Assembly (NCBI GenBank): GCA_024763245.1
Contig: JANTFW010000004.1
Location: forward strand, 130 to 64,129
From: Flavobacteriaceae bacterium
GTDB lineage: Bacteria; Bacteroidota; Bacteroidia; Flavobacteriales; Flavobacteriaceae
Length of the DNA stretch: 64,000 nucleotides
Reading direction: 5' to 3'
Shown here: in pieces, positions 30,394 through 39,511 of the stretch
Position numbering within the stretch: position 1 is the first letter of the stretch
Layout: every line of letters begins with the position of its first letter
The notes under the pieces: generated by a model
The model's database searches: none
What the model was told of the DNA's origin: nothing
What the model saw: the letters and a program-made list of their open reading frames with translations, nothing else
Translations under genes and position numbers: made by a program

Positions 30394-30418
30394 CGCTCAA
30401 AGATAATTATTTTGAGCG
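30394..30418 (-). terminator. hairpin CGCTCAAA-N9-TTTGAGCG between dsbD and the CxxCH lipoprotein gene
   Basis: 8-bp perfect stem, followed on the minus strand by GCTTTTCC. The stem also contains CAAAGATA (30398-30405), a possible -7 box for the downstream gene. Confidence 0.4.
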
Positions 30419-30538
30419 ACTTTTCCCATTGCTATTCTAAACTACAGATAGCACTTAACTTTACAAATTGGTTTTAATTCCATTCCACATTCAGCCTCTC
30501 CAATTCGGTATTTAACAATATGCCAAGTAAATATTGTA

Positions 30539-32506
30539 TTAAAAAGTTTTTATACCTTTTTGCAACCAATCATAAAAGGCATCTACATCCGAACTATACG
30601 AATAAGGCGTAATTAATTCCTCTTCCTTATGGTTGAGTAACACATAATAAGGTTGGGTATTCGTTTTATATTTTACCGTTTGAAATTCGCTCCATTTATT
30701 ACCAATAGTTCTAACCTTTTTTCCGGTAATCTCTGAAGTAAATTGTTTTTCTTTTGGGAGCAATTCTTTAAAGTCTACAAAGAGAGAAATTAAGACAACA
30801 TCATTATCCAACACCTGTAATACTTTAGGATCAGACCAAACATAATCTTCCATTTTACGACAATTTACACAAGCTTTTCCTGTAAAATCGAGCATAACCG
30901 GTTTGTTCACTTTCTTTGCATACGCCATGCCCTCATCATAGTCATCAAAACTCACAATATCGTGAGGTCCCAGATGAGCGCCTTCGGGTAATTTTTTCTG
31001 TTTTACAGCACCGGAAAGCCTTTTACTGAATCCTACACCGTAGGGAGATTCTGCATATTTAAGAGGGGGTGGAAAACCACTAATTAACTTTAAAGGCGCA
31101 CCAAACAATCCGGGAATTAAATATAGTGTAAAGGCTAAAGCCAATAAACCTAAAGTAAAACGACCTACAGAAATACGAGAACTCTCATCGTCATGGGGTA
31201 ATTTTATTTTACCAAACAAGTAGAATGCCATAGCTCCAAATACAGCAATCCAGATAGCTATAAAAGCTTCTCTTTCGAACCAATGTATATCTAAAACTAA
31301 GTCGGCATTGGATAAAAATTTAAAAGCAAAAGCCAATTCTAAAAAACCAAGAAATACTTTAACCGTATTTAGCCAACCCCCTGATTTTGGCATCGCATTT
31401 AACCAACCCGGGAACATCGCAAATAGGGTAAAAGGTAAAGCTAAGGCCGTAGAAAAACCCAACATACTAATAACTGGTGCTACACCACCGGAAGTTGCTG
31501 AGGCAGCAAGAGCTGTGCCTACAATAGGTAAGGTGCAAGAAAAAGAGACAATGGCTAAGGCTAAGGCCATTAAAAAAATCCCTACAATACCCCCTTTTTT
31601 ATCTACACCTTCATCCACTTTCGTTCCCCAAGAACTCGGTAACATGATTTCAAACCCTCCCAAAAAGGAAAGGGCAAAAACAATCAGTATAACAAAGAAA
31701 ACCAAGTTAAAAGTAACACTGGTAGAAAATTCATTCATCGCATCGGCTCCAAAAATTAAGGTAACCAAGCTCCCTATTAGTACATAAATAACCACAATAG
31801 AAATACCATAAATAATCGCATTACGAATACCTTGTGCTTTGTTTTTGCTCTGTTTCATAAAGAAGCTGACGGTCATAGGAATCATAGGGAACACACATGG
31901 TGTTAGTAAGGCGGCAAACCCCCCTAAAAAACTCCAAAAGAAAATAGCCAATAAGCTTTTACTTGTGCCTTTTTTTTCTTTGGGCACTGACTTTGTCTCA
32001 CTTATTTCGGCAACCGGTATAGGCTCTATAGTAGTAGTTGCCTTACTCAAATCGAAAGTAAAATTCTCTTGAATTTGAATACAGGAAGTTTTACAAGCTT
32101 GTCCGTATAGTGTTACCTCAATATTCTTAACATCCGCTTTCAACAAACGAATAGGCTGTTTTAACATAGCTTTGTGCGAAAAGAAGATTTCTTCCTTGCC
32201 AAAGGTTTTATTAAAAGCTTTTTCAGTAGGACTTTCTAAGGCTTTACCCTTAAAAACAAAAAGAGAATCGGCCTGATCGCTATAGAATTCTATGGGCAAA
32301 GAAGCCCCTTCGGGGTTGTATTGCGAATATAAATGCCATTGCTCCTCAATACTAGCTTTAAACACTAAATTATAAGTCGTGTCCGACACTTTTTCAACCG
32401 ATGTTTTCCATTTTACCGGTTCTTCAATCTGTGGGGTATTCCCAAATTGAGCAAAACCAAACAGTGTCCAAAAAAGGATAATTATACTAAGATTTTTTTT
32501 TATCAT
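30539..32506 (-). CDS. thiol:disulfide interchange protein DsbD-like (N-terminal domain + CcdA-type membrane core + C-terminal thioredoxin)
   Basis: LTPCVFPMIP and FSCTLPIV membrane cysteines; C-terminal thioredoxin CVNC; 655 aa. Confidence 0.8.
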   Translation of the reverse strand: MIKKNLSIIILFWTLFGFAQFGNTPQIEEPVKWKTSVEKVSDTTYNLVFKASIEEQWHLYSQYNPEGASLPIEFYSDQADSLFVFKGKALESPTEKAFNKTFGKEEIFFSHKAMLKQPIRLLKADVKNIEVTLYGQACKTSCIQIQENFTFDLSKATTTIEPIPVAEISETKSVPKEKKGTSKSLLAIFFWSFLGGFAALLTPCVFPMIPMTVSFFMKQSKNKAQGIRNAIIYGISIVVIYVLIGSLVTLIFGADAMNEFSTSVTFNLVFFVILIVFALSFLGGFEIMLPSSWGTKVDEGVDKKGGIVGIFLMALALAIVSFSCTLPIVGTALAASATSGGVAPVISMLGFSTALALPFTLFAMFPGWLNAMPKSGGWLNTVKVFLGFLELAFAFKFLSNADLVLDIHWFEREAFIAIWIAVFGAMAFYLFGKIKLPHDDESSRISVGRFTLGLLALAFTLYLIPGLFGAPLKLISGFPPPLKYAESPYGVGFSKRLSGAVKQKKLPEGAHLGPHDIVSFDDYDEGMAYAKKVNKPVMLDFTGKACVNCRKMEDYVWSDPKVLQVLDNDVVLISLFVDFKELLPKEKQFTSEITGKKVRTIGNKWSEFQTVKYKTNTQPYYVLLNHKEEELITPYSYSSDVDAFYDWLQKGIKTF

Positions 32507-33884
32507 CAGTTGTTATTTTTAAAATTTCTGTTGTGTTCTCTGTTATTTTAAATCGATTATCTAATCGCATACCTACCACCCAGATAATACGGTCATCTGC
32601 ATCGCAAAGTAAATAAATTTTTTCTTTTTGATCTCTTGAGACTTTTTGGTCAATCAAAAAATCACTTATTTTTTTTCGTCCTTGCATCCCCAGCGGATAA
32701 AAATAGTCGCCTTCTTTCCATTTCCTTACAAATAAAGGAAAAGTTACCGATGCTTTATCAAATTGTACCTCAAAAGTATTATCATAGATTACATTTGCCG
32801 GTTTGGGTAATGACTGCACAGAATACCTCGTATCTAAAAGCTGAAAGCTTGAACCAATTTTAACTTTTTGTGAAAAAGTAGGCGATTGAGATAAAACACC
32901 TAACTTCAAATTACTCCTATCTTTTAATAAAAAATGGGTGTCCGAATAAACAATTCTACCAGTTTGCGCTTTGGGTAATTGATAGATGTCATCCCATTGT
33001 GTAAACCCATAGTCTTTTAATAATTGATATAATACTGCATTACTATGAGGTGTATTTAGTATTTCCTCAATATTAATTTGTAACCCATCATTTTTTTCAC
33101 TAATTAGTGTAGGTTTTATTAATTCGATATAATCGGCAATCAACTCTTTACTTTCTGACAAGTGTTTTTGGGTTTTGAGAAAAGTTTTGCGGTATGCCGG
33201 ATTTATGTTCTTAAGAACAGGGATTAGTGTATGTCTAATTTTATTGCGTAGATATTGGGTAGCTGCATTAGAGCGATCTTCTCTCCATACCAATTTATTA
33301 TCCTTGGCATAGGCTAAAATGCTAGGTCTGTCAAAAGGCAATAAAGGGCGGATTACCTTCGTGTTAATTTCAGGAATTCCGGTTAGCCCATCTATACCGG
33401 TTCCTCTACTTAGATTAATAAAAAAACTCTCAATCCAATCATCAAAATGATGTGCCGTTAGCACATAGGCATAGCCTTCTGCGCTACGTAGTTCTTCAAA
33501 CCACTTATAGCGTATATCACGTGCTGCCATTTGAATAGATTTTTTATGGTTTTTGGCATACACTTTTGTATCGGCTTGATGTATAAAAACAGGAATCTCT
33601 AATTTTTTCGCTAAATTTTCTACAAATTTTTGATCTTGATCGCTATCAATTCCTCTTAGGTTAAAATTGACATGAGCTAACCCAATACTATACCCCAATT
33701 GATATAATATATGTGTTAAAACAACACTGTCTATACCGCCGGATACAGCAACTATAGATTTGGATTTCCTTAAAAAAGGAAATTGTTTTTCTATATGTTT
33801 TTTTACATCTAAAACCACGTTGCTAAGGTATATTTTTTTTAACTTTGTACTACTATAAGAATCATTCTCTTTGCAAAGGTGCAA
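32487..33884 (-). CDS. tilS: tRNA(Ile)-lysidine synthetase
   Basis: PP-loop VAVSGGIDSVVL; 20-nt overlap with the dsbD start. The 5' end is uncertain: the track start is a TTG, and an in-frame GTG at about 33818 is equally plausible. Confidence 0.85.
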   Translation of the reverse strand: MHLCKENDSYSSTKLKKIYLSNVVLDVKKHIEKQFPFLRKSKSIVAVSGGIDSVVLTHILYQLGYSIGLAHVNFNLRGIDSDQDQKFVENLAKKLEIPVFIHQADTKVYAKNHKKSIQMAARDIRYKWFEELRSAEGYAYVLTAHHFDDWIESFFINLSRGTGIDGLTGIPEINTKVIRPLLPFDRPSILAYAKDNKLVWREDRSNAATQYLRNKIRHTLIPVLKNINPAYRKTFLKTQKHLSESKELIADYIELIKPTLISEKNDGLQINIEEILNTPHSNAVLYQLLKDYGFTQWDDIYQLPKAQTGRIVYSDTHFLLKDRSNLKLGVLSQSPTFSQKVKIGSSFQLLDTRYSVQSLPKPANVIYDNTFEVQFDKASVTFPLFVRKWKEGDYFYPLGMQGRKKISDFLIDQKVSRDQKEKIYLLCDADDRIIWVVGMRLDNRFKITENTTEILKITTDDKKKS

Positions 33885-33958
33885 TTATCCTGATTCCTAA
33901 TACTAAAAGCAGCTGCCGAAAAGCTTACGAGTAGGCATAAATATTAAATTTCAACCTA

Positions 33959-34591
33959 ATGAAAAAATTACTTTTATTATCAATTCTTATTACAAGTCTT
34001 TCCTATAATGTTAAGGCACAAGATATTCGTTTTGGCTTAAAAACCGGTCTTAATTTTTCAAAGTTAAACTCTGATGAAGCAGGGTTTAATGAGATGTCAT
34101 ACAACCGATCTGCTTTTCATATCGGAGCTTTAGTAGAGTTTACATTGTCTGATAATTTTTCGATTCAACCGGAATTGTATTATTCGTCCGAGGGAGGAAT
34201 GCTAAAAAGTACCGAAGAGGATGAGGAATTTGGTTTGGTAGATCTTAAAACGAATATCAACACAAATTATATGAGTTTACCTATTATGTTTAAATATTAT
34301 ACGGGTAAAAATCTCTATATTGAGGCTGGACCTCAAATGGATTTCTTGGTGTCTGCTGACATACATGGACAGGCTTCTAACAACTTTCAGTCAGAAGTTT
34401 ATCCAAACGAAGATATTAAAGACCAACTCGATTCGAATAATTATGGATTGGGTATCGGTATCGGTTACAAAGCCTCGAATGGAATATTTTTAAATACGCG
34501 TTACGTTCTAGGCTTGTCAGACCTTACTAAAAATGAATTTTCTACCGTAAAAAGTGGAGGATTCCATTTTTCTGTAGGCTTTATGTTATAG
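33959..34591 (+). CDS. outer-membrane beta-barrel (OMP_b-brl / porin family) protein
   Basis: Signal peptide; alternating beta-strand pattern; C-terminal GGFHFSVGFML. Confidence 0.7.
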   Translation: MKKLLLLSILITSLSYNVKAQDIRFGLKTGLNFSKLNSDEAGFNEMSYNRSAFHIGALVEFTLSDNFSIQPELYYSSEGGMLKSTEEDEEFGLVDLKTNINTNYMSLPIMFKYYTGKNLYIEAGPQMDFLVSADIHGQASNNFQSEVYPNEDIKDQLDSNNYGLGIGIGYKASNGIFLNTRYVLGLSDLTKNEFSTVKSGGFHFSVGFML

Positions 34592-34665
34592 CATTCATTG
34601 CTTACTAATAAAATACTTATGTAAACTCTTACTTTATGAGTATTTATTCTGAATGCATTCGATAA

Positions 34666-34905
34666 GTTTTTTACACCCATATAGCCCCTGTCAAAATCAA
34701 GAGCAGAAGTGATAAAAACACTTTAGTAAGCACTTATATCATTAATACGGAACAACTCCGCACCTATATTGATGGACAGATTACTCATGTATCTACTAAT
34801 GACACAGCAGAAGGTAAATCGAAAAATCGTAGGGTAGAAATCGTTAAAGAATGGATTCTTATTATTTTGTTGGGGATAAATCACTTTTTACTCAGCATAA
34901 TATAA
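34666..34905 (+). pseudogene. remnant of an OmpA-family (peptidoglycan-binding) C-terminal domain
   Basis: A start-less open frame translates to ...LRTYIDGQITHVSTNDTAEGKSKNRRVEIVKE..., matching the OmpA_C signature N-x-T-x-EG-x-x-x-NRRVEI. It is bounded upstream by an in-frame TAA at 34663 and has no ATG. Confidence 0.4.
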
Positions 34906-35152
34906 CGTAAGACCGTTGCAAAATTATATAGAAAAATAAGACAAAGCTCCTGCTCTATGCTCAACTTATTCCTTATCAAAAATTTAGACTCTAAAATTAA
35001 CTGTTTACGGAGAGTTGGATTTTTCTAGGGCGTCGAATTAGAACAAATATTAGCCTTTTGATATGGTCTTACTATTTCATTTTTATAGTAACTCGTTGTA
35101 TTTTTTAGAAAAAATCACTATCTTTATTGTAGGATTTTAAAATCATAGTATT

Positions 35153-35869
35153 ATGAAAAAAATAGCCAAATTAAAAGCACATCAAGAAGCGAATAAACAA
35201 AAAAAGTTTGGTAAAAAAATCATCAAACTTATTCCGGAGTTAAAACCCTATGTACGTCATAGATTATTCCTAGCCCACTCCTTAGGTATTATTCCTGGAA
35301 ACATGTATCGTGCAACCGGTGTTATTGATGATGCTATCATAGATCTCTACGGGAGTGATATTTCTTCCCTTAAGTCGACCAACGATCTTAGACTAAAACT
35401 CTTTACGCTAGTCAAGAAAGAATTAGATCATCTATTTAAAAAAGAAGCTTGGCATAAAAAATCAATCAGTACTGATAAAATATTACATCAAGAGCTCAAC
35501 AAGCTAAAGGAAAAATTTACTTTTAATGCCGATGAAGATTTTGTTATGAATGAGGAGCTCAGTGATATTTCATACCACCAAAAAGATTTTACACCCCAGC
35601 TCTTTCTTTACGATGACAGTGTGCATAGTATCCGTAACACCTTTGAATTGGATTATTTAGACGAAAAACGAAAAAAAGTATTTAGCAAATTATACAATGT
35701 ACTCTCTCTGGAAGCTTCTAATGTAGTAGATTTACACGTTTTTGGAAAATTAAATACCCAAGAAATAGCCCAAATAAAAAATACAAATGAAGAAAGTGTA
35801 AGAGGCATTATTTTACAAGTGAAAAATAGCATTCATCTAGTACTTGATAGAATGGAGCATAAAGAATAA
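35153..35869 (+). CDS. hypothetical protein with sigma-70 (ECF-like) region 4 HTH near the C-terminus
   Basis: LSLEASNVVDLHVFGKLNTQEIAQIKNTNEESVRGIILQVKNSI fits the sigma-70 r4_2 pattern. The N-terminal YVRHRLFLAH...GVIDDAIIDLY is weakly region-2-like, and the two are separated by a long acidic/basic linker. Confidence 0.45.
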   Translation: MKKIAKLKAHQEANKQKKFGKKIIKLIPELKPYVRHRLFLAHSLGIIPGNMYRATGVIDDAIIDLYGSDISSLKSTNDLRLKLFTLVKKELDHLFKKEAWHKKSISTDKILHQELNKLKEKFTFNADEDFVMNEELSDISYHQKDFTPQLFLYDDSVHSIRNTFELDYLDEKRKKVFSKLYNVLSLEASNVVDLHVFGKLNTQEIAQIKNTNEESVRGIILQVKNSIHLVLDRMEHKE

Positions 35870-35980
35870 AAATATTTCACTTTCTACCAGGTAGTAAAAT
35901 TGTAATAAAAAGGGATTTCGAGACCTTAAGTGTTGGATAATCTTAGCATCCACATATCCAATCATGAAATGATTTTTAAC

Positions 35981-35988
35981 TAGCTTTG
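35981..35988 (+). promoter_or_regulatory. putative -7 promoter box (TAGCTTTG) for the MscS-like gene
   Basis: Matches TAnnTTTG, 70 nt upstream of the ATG at 36059. Confidence 0.35.
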
Positions 35989-36058
35989 CATAAAATAATA
36001 CGATCAAGCTAAGCTTGTTAGGAATTTGATTCTTTATAAAATTAATACATAAAAACTT

Positions 36059-36892
36059 ATGCATACTCTTGATGAATTTCTAAAATTTAAACTTATTGAT
36101 ATTGGAAATTATGTCTTAACAGTCAATACTATGTTAAGTATTATTTTTATTATTATTTGTGCTAAACTTATCATTTGGCTCATAAAAAAAGCACTTTACA
36201 AAGCTCAAAAATTTGACAAATTAGATCATGGAAATCTCCTAGCTCTTTTTCAAATTATCAAATATGTTATTTGGATTGTTACCATCAGTATCATATTAGA
36301 ACGTATCGGTATTAAAATAACAGTTTTAGTTACCGGATCGGCGGCATTGCTCGTTGGTATTGGTATTGGTATTCAACAGACCTTTAATGACTTTATCAGC
36401 GGTATTATTTTACTCGCAGAAGGCACGACTAGAGTGGGTGATATCTTAGAAGTTGATAAGGATATTATTAAAATCCAAAAGATAGGTTTACGAACGTCAC
36501 AAGGAATTAAAAGGGATAACATCTCTGTAATTATACCCAATTCTAAAATTATTAACAATGAGGTTATTAATTGGACGCATCAAACCAAGAAAACTCGTTT
36601 TGAAATAAATATAGGAGTGGCTTACGGAAGTGATATTGACTTGGTTTCAAAAATATTAATCGAAAGCGCCTTAGCACATCCGGAGATTACCGACCAGTCT
36701 AAGGTGGAAGTTCGGCTCATCGGTTTTGGAGATTCCTCTGTAGATTTTCAGTTACTTTTTTTTAGCCGGGATATCTTTAGAATAGAAAAAGTTAAAAGCG
36801 ATATTAGAAAGACTATCCATCATAAATTCAATAAAAACAGCATTGTCATCCCCTTTCCTCAAATGGATGTACACTTTAGCAGATTGAAATAA
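36059..36892 (+). CDS. mechanosensitive ion channel (MscS family)
   Basis: Three N-terminal TM helices, then an MscS beta-domain pattern GDILEVD...GLRTSQGIKRDNISVIIPNSKIINNEVINW. Confidence 0.8.
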   Translation: MHTLDEFLKFKLIDIGNYVLTVNTMLSIIFIIICAKLIIWLIKKALYKAQKFDKLDHGNLLALFQIIKYVIWIVTISIILERIGIKITVLVTGSAALLVGIGIGIQQTFNDFISGIILLAEGTTRVGDILEVDKDIIKIQKIGLRTSQGIKRDNISVIIPNSKIINNEVINWTHQTKKTRFEINIGVAYGSDIDLVSKILIESALAHPEITDQSKVEVRLIGFGDSSVDFQLLFFSRDIFRIEKVKSDIRKTIHHKFNKNSIVIPFPQMDVHFSRLK

Positions 36893-36905
36893 GCAACCTT
36901 ATCAA

Positions 36906-37553
36906 TTAACTCATAAAATTAGGATTCATACCGGCTCCTATGTGAAAGTCTAAATCGACTAAATTATCTGAAAAACTATCTAAATCTTCCCGATCCAAAA
37001 TAATTTTATCAATAGCTTTTACAGCAGTTGCCAAACGGGTTTGCTTATCTCCTTTTAATAGAATATAATTTTTATTATGGGTCTGTAAGGCCTTTTCAAA
37101 AGCGTCAAACATTTCTTGTCGCTGCTCAGGTCTATCTCTCAAGTCATCAGCTTCCCAAGGCGTATCAATATAGGTTAATAAGTATAAATCGTATTGGTTA
37201 ACTTTGGCTGCTTCATCTAATTTTGGATCTACAAAACCTCCATAATACTCTTGTGAATAGACTTTGGTTTCTAATAAATCGGTATCACAAAAAAGTACTT
37301 TATCAGCTTTTTTTGCCAATTCGTTTTCCAGCCTCATTTGCCCTTCAGCAATAGGTATTAAATCAGAATTTTCGCAAGTCTTACGTGTATTATTCCATTT
37401 ATCTTGTAAATATTCACGGGCATATTCCGCTACCCACACGGTATTGTAATGCCGTGCTAATTGTTGTGATAAGGTAGTTTTTCCTGTAGATTCCGGGCCA
37501 AAAAGTACTACTTTTACAATGTTAACTTGTTCTTGTTTAAGCTTGTTTTCCAT
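36906..37553 (-). CDS. NadR-type ribosylnicotinamide kinase domain protein (no HTH or NMN-adenylyltransferase domains)
   Basis: Walker A FGPESTGKTTL at the N-terminus; 215 aa; directly downstream of pnuC and overlapping it by 40 nt. Confidence 0.65.
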   Translation of the reverse strand: MENKLKQEQVNIVKVVLFGPESTGKTTLSQQLARHYNTVWVAEYAREYLQDKWNNTRKTCENSDLIPIAEGQMRLENELAKKADKVLFCDTDLLETKVYSQEYYGGFVDPKLDEAAKVNQYDLYLLTYIDTPWEADDLRDRPEQRQEMFDAFEKALQTHNKNYILLKGDKQTRLATAVKAIDKIILDREDLDSFSDNLVDLDFHIGAGMNPNFMS

Positions 37554-38224
37554 TCTTTATAACCATAAATTGCTAATACTAAAAATATAAAATATTGAAT
37601 TCCTGTAAATCCGTATCCTTTTACAAAATACAAAGGTACGGATACAACATTAACAGCAATCCAAAATATCCAACTTTCTAATTTTTTATTGGCCATCAAC
37701 CACATCGCAGCAAAGGCCGCTCCTGTGGTAAAAGTATCCAAAAATGGAGTGGCCATCCTAAAATCTTTTAAACTACCCGAGGTTAATTTTGCAAAGGCAT
37801 AAGATACCGATTCACTAAAATTAAGCGTATTGGGCATTACATTATAGTAACGGTATACGGCAATCACAAATATTGAAGTAAAGACAAATATACCCACAGC
37901 TTTTAAAGTATCTCTTGCATTTGTTCGTGTAACCGGAATGTGGTGCGACTCATCATCTATAATTTTACTCCACATATACCAGCCGTAAATACTCATCAAA
38001 GTATAATATATATTGATAATTAAATCCCCATATAAATTCCATTGCGATAGGAGATACACATATATTCCAGTACTAATAATACCGGTAGGATATACTAAAA
38101 TATTTTCCTTTTTAGCATAAAAAACACTTACAACACCTAATACTGCAGCCGTAAACTCTAATAAAATGTTCTCCGTACTGGCACCTTGATAGGGTTCTAA
38201 GAAAAAGTCTATAATTGTATTCAT
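37514..38224 (-). CDS. pnuC: nicotinamide riboside transporter PnuC
   Basis: About 7-TM protein of 236 aa with PnuC-like Trp/Tyr-rich helices (YGWYMW, WIFWIAVNVVSVPLY), linked to a NadR-type kinase. Confidence 0.75.
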   Translation of the reverse strand: MNTIIDFFLEPYQGASTENILLEFTAAVLGVVSVFYAKKENILVYPTGIISTGIYVYLLSQWNLYGDLIINIYYTLMSIYGWYMWSKIIDDESHHIPVTRTNARDTLKAVGIFVFTSIFVIAVYRYYNVMPNTLNFSESVSYAFAKLTSGSLKDFRMATPFLDTFTTGAAFAAMWLMANKKLESWIFWIAVNVVSVPLYFVKGYGFTGIQYFIFLVLAIYGYKEWKTSLNKNKLTL

Positions 38225-38227
38225 ATT

Positions 38228-38950
38228 TTACAATTTTTGTAACACTAATTCATCTTCCTCAAAAGCTGTACCAATTACCACCATAGTAGCACCCGCCTCA
38301 AAAGCAGCGTTTAATTGTTCCTTAGTTTGTATACCACCCCCTATAATTATAGGATTGACAACATGAGCCGCCACTTGCTGTATTAATGCCGGAGGAACTG
38401 GATATTGTGCTCCGCTTCCCCCATCTAAATAAACCAATTGATGCCCCATCATTTGACCAGCCAAAGCTGTTGCCATAGCTATCTCGGGTTTGTGCCTAGG
38501 GATAGGTTTGGTATTACTGATATATGATGCGGTAGTTTCACGTCCACTTTCTATTATAAGGTAACTGGTTGGAATAATCTCTAAATCGGTATGCTGTAAA
38601 ATAGGCGCAGCAAGCACATGATTTCCAATCAAAAAATCAGGATTTCTACCGGACAACAACGATAAAAACAGGATTCCATCGGCATGATTGCTAATTTGCA
38701 TAGCACTTCCTGGGAAGATGATTACCGGTAATGTAGTATGTTCTTTTATTGTTTTGATAAACGAATCTAATATATTGGTAAACAACAAACTACCCCCTAC
38801 CAAAATAAAATTAATATTTGATTGATGAATCAACCTCATTTTTTCAGGGATTCGATCCAATGATAATTTATCTGGATCTAAAAGAATGGCTAACAACTTT
38901 TCATTTGCCTTTTTACTCTTCTTTAAGTACTCTATAAGGGAATCATTCAT
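38228..38950 (-). CDS. geranylgeranylglyceryl/heptaprenylglyceryl phosphate synthase family (GGGPS/PcrB-like) TIM-barrel protein
   Basis: LLDPDK, IIFPGS, YLDGGSGA and IIGGGIQT phosphate-binding motifs; 240 aa; ATGAATGA overlap with the upstream GNAT gene. Confidence 0.75.
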   Translation of the reverse strand: MNDSLIEYLKKSKKANEKLLAILLDPDKLSLDRIPEKMRLIHQSNINFILVGGSLLFTNILDSFIKTIKEHTTLPVIIFPGSAMQISNHADGILFLSLLSGRNPDFLIGNHVLAAPILQHTDLEIIPTSYLIIESGRETTASYISNTKPIPRHKPEIAMATALAGQMMGHQLVYLDGGSGAQYPVPPALIQQVAAHVVNPIIIGGGIQTKEQLNAAFEAGATMVVIGTAFEEDELVLQKL

Positions 38951-39458
38951 TGACTTTAGCGTAATAATATTCGTCTAATATTTGCTTCTTTTTATAGATG
39001 GCTTTGCGTTTGATACACTCTAAAATATAACCGTTCTTCTCCAACACACGCATCGATGCTTTGTTATATTGAAACACTCCGGCAAAAATCCGTGTCAAAT
39101 GTAAGCTTTCAAATCCATATTTGGTAATTAGTTCGATAGATTTAGAGGCAATTCCTTTATTCCAATATTTTTCAGCAACAAAATACCCCAATTCTGCTGT
39201 TTTTCTATAAACATCCGGTTGGAGATGAATACCGATACTCCCTACAAGTTGATCCTTATAAATAATGGCAAAAACGCCTTTTATCTCCCCATTAATATTT
39301 TTTTGAATAAAGGCCTTAGCATCATCGATTGTATAAGGATGTGGAAAAAGATCACGCAGATTATCTGCAATTTTAGCCGTATTAGCTATCTTAGCCAAAG
39401 CCGTAGCGTCAGCAAGTGTATATGGCCTTAGCGTAATATCATTTTCTTGAAGAATCAT
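38943..39458 (-). CDS. GNAT family N-acetyltransferase (RimJ/RimL-like)
   Basis: 171 aa; acetyl-CoA motif region WNKGIASK; typical LRPYTLADA N-terminus. Confidence 0.8.
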   Translation of the reverse strand: MILQENDITLRPYTLADATALAKIANTAKIADNLRDLFPHPYTIDDAKAFIQKNINGEIKGVFAIIYKDQLVGSIGIHLQPDVYRKTAELGYFVAEKYWNKGIASKSIELITKYGFESLHLTRIFAGVFQYNKASMRVLEKNGYILECIKRKAIYKKKQILDEYYYAKVNE

Positions 39459-39493
39459 TTTTAAATATTAATGTACTAGTTATCCTTTATTCT

Positions 39494-39501
39494 CAAATAT
39501 A
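39494..39501 (-). promoter_or_regulatory. putative internal -7 promoter box (TATATTTG on minus strand) ahead of the GNAT gene
   Basis: CAAATATA on the plus strand, 35 nt upstream of the ATG at 39458. Confidence 0.3.
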
Positions 39502-39511
39502 TTATATGATG

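Noticed and set aside
31308-31787. 159-aa plus-strand ORF antisense to dsbD. Similar antisense ORFs occur at 40747..41148 (in ahcY), 12122..12505 (in the 2TM gene), 29344..29658, 54023..54304, 14749..15081 and 21777..22073.
   Set aside because: Each lies entirely within a well-supported gene on the other strand. They have low-complexity, Lys/Ser/Pro-biased composition, no promoter box and no recognisable motifs. They look like typical shadow ORFs.
34907-35072. 8-bp inverted repeat GTAAGACC (34907-34914) / GGTCTTAC (35065-35072), considered as MITE or IS termini.
   Set aside because: A single 8-mer pair within about 250 nt is expected by chance at appreciable frequency. There are no target-site duplications or other copies in the window.
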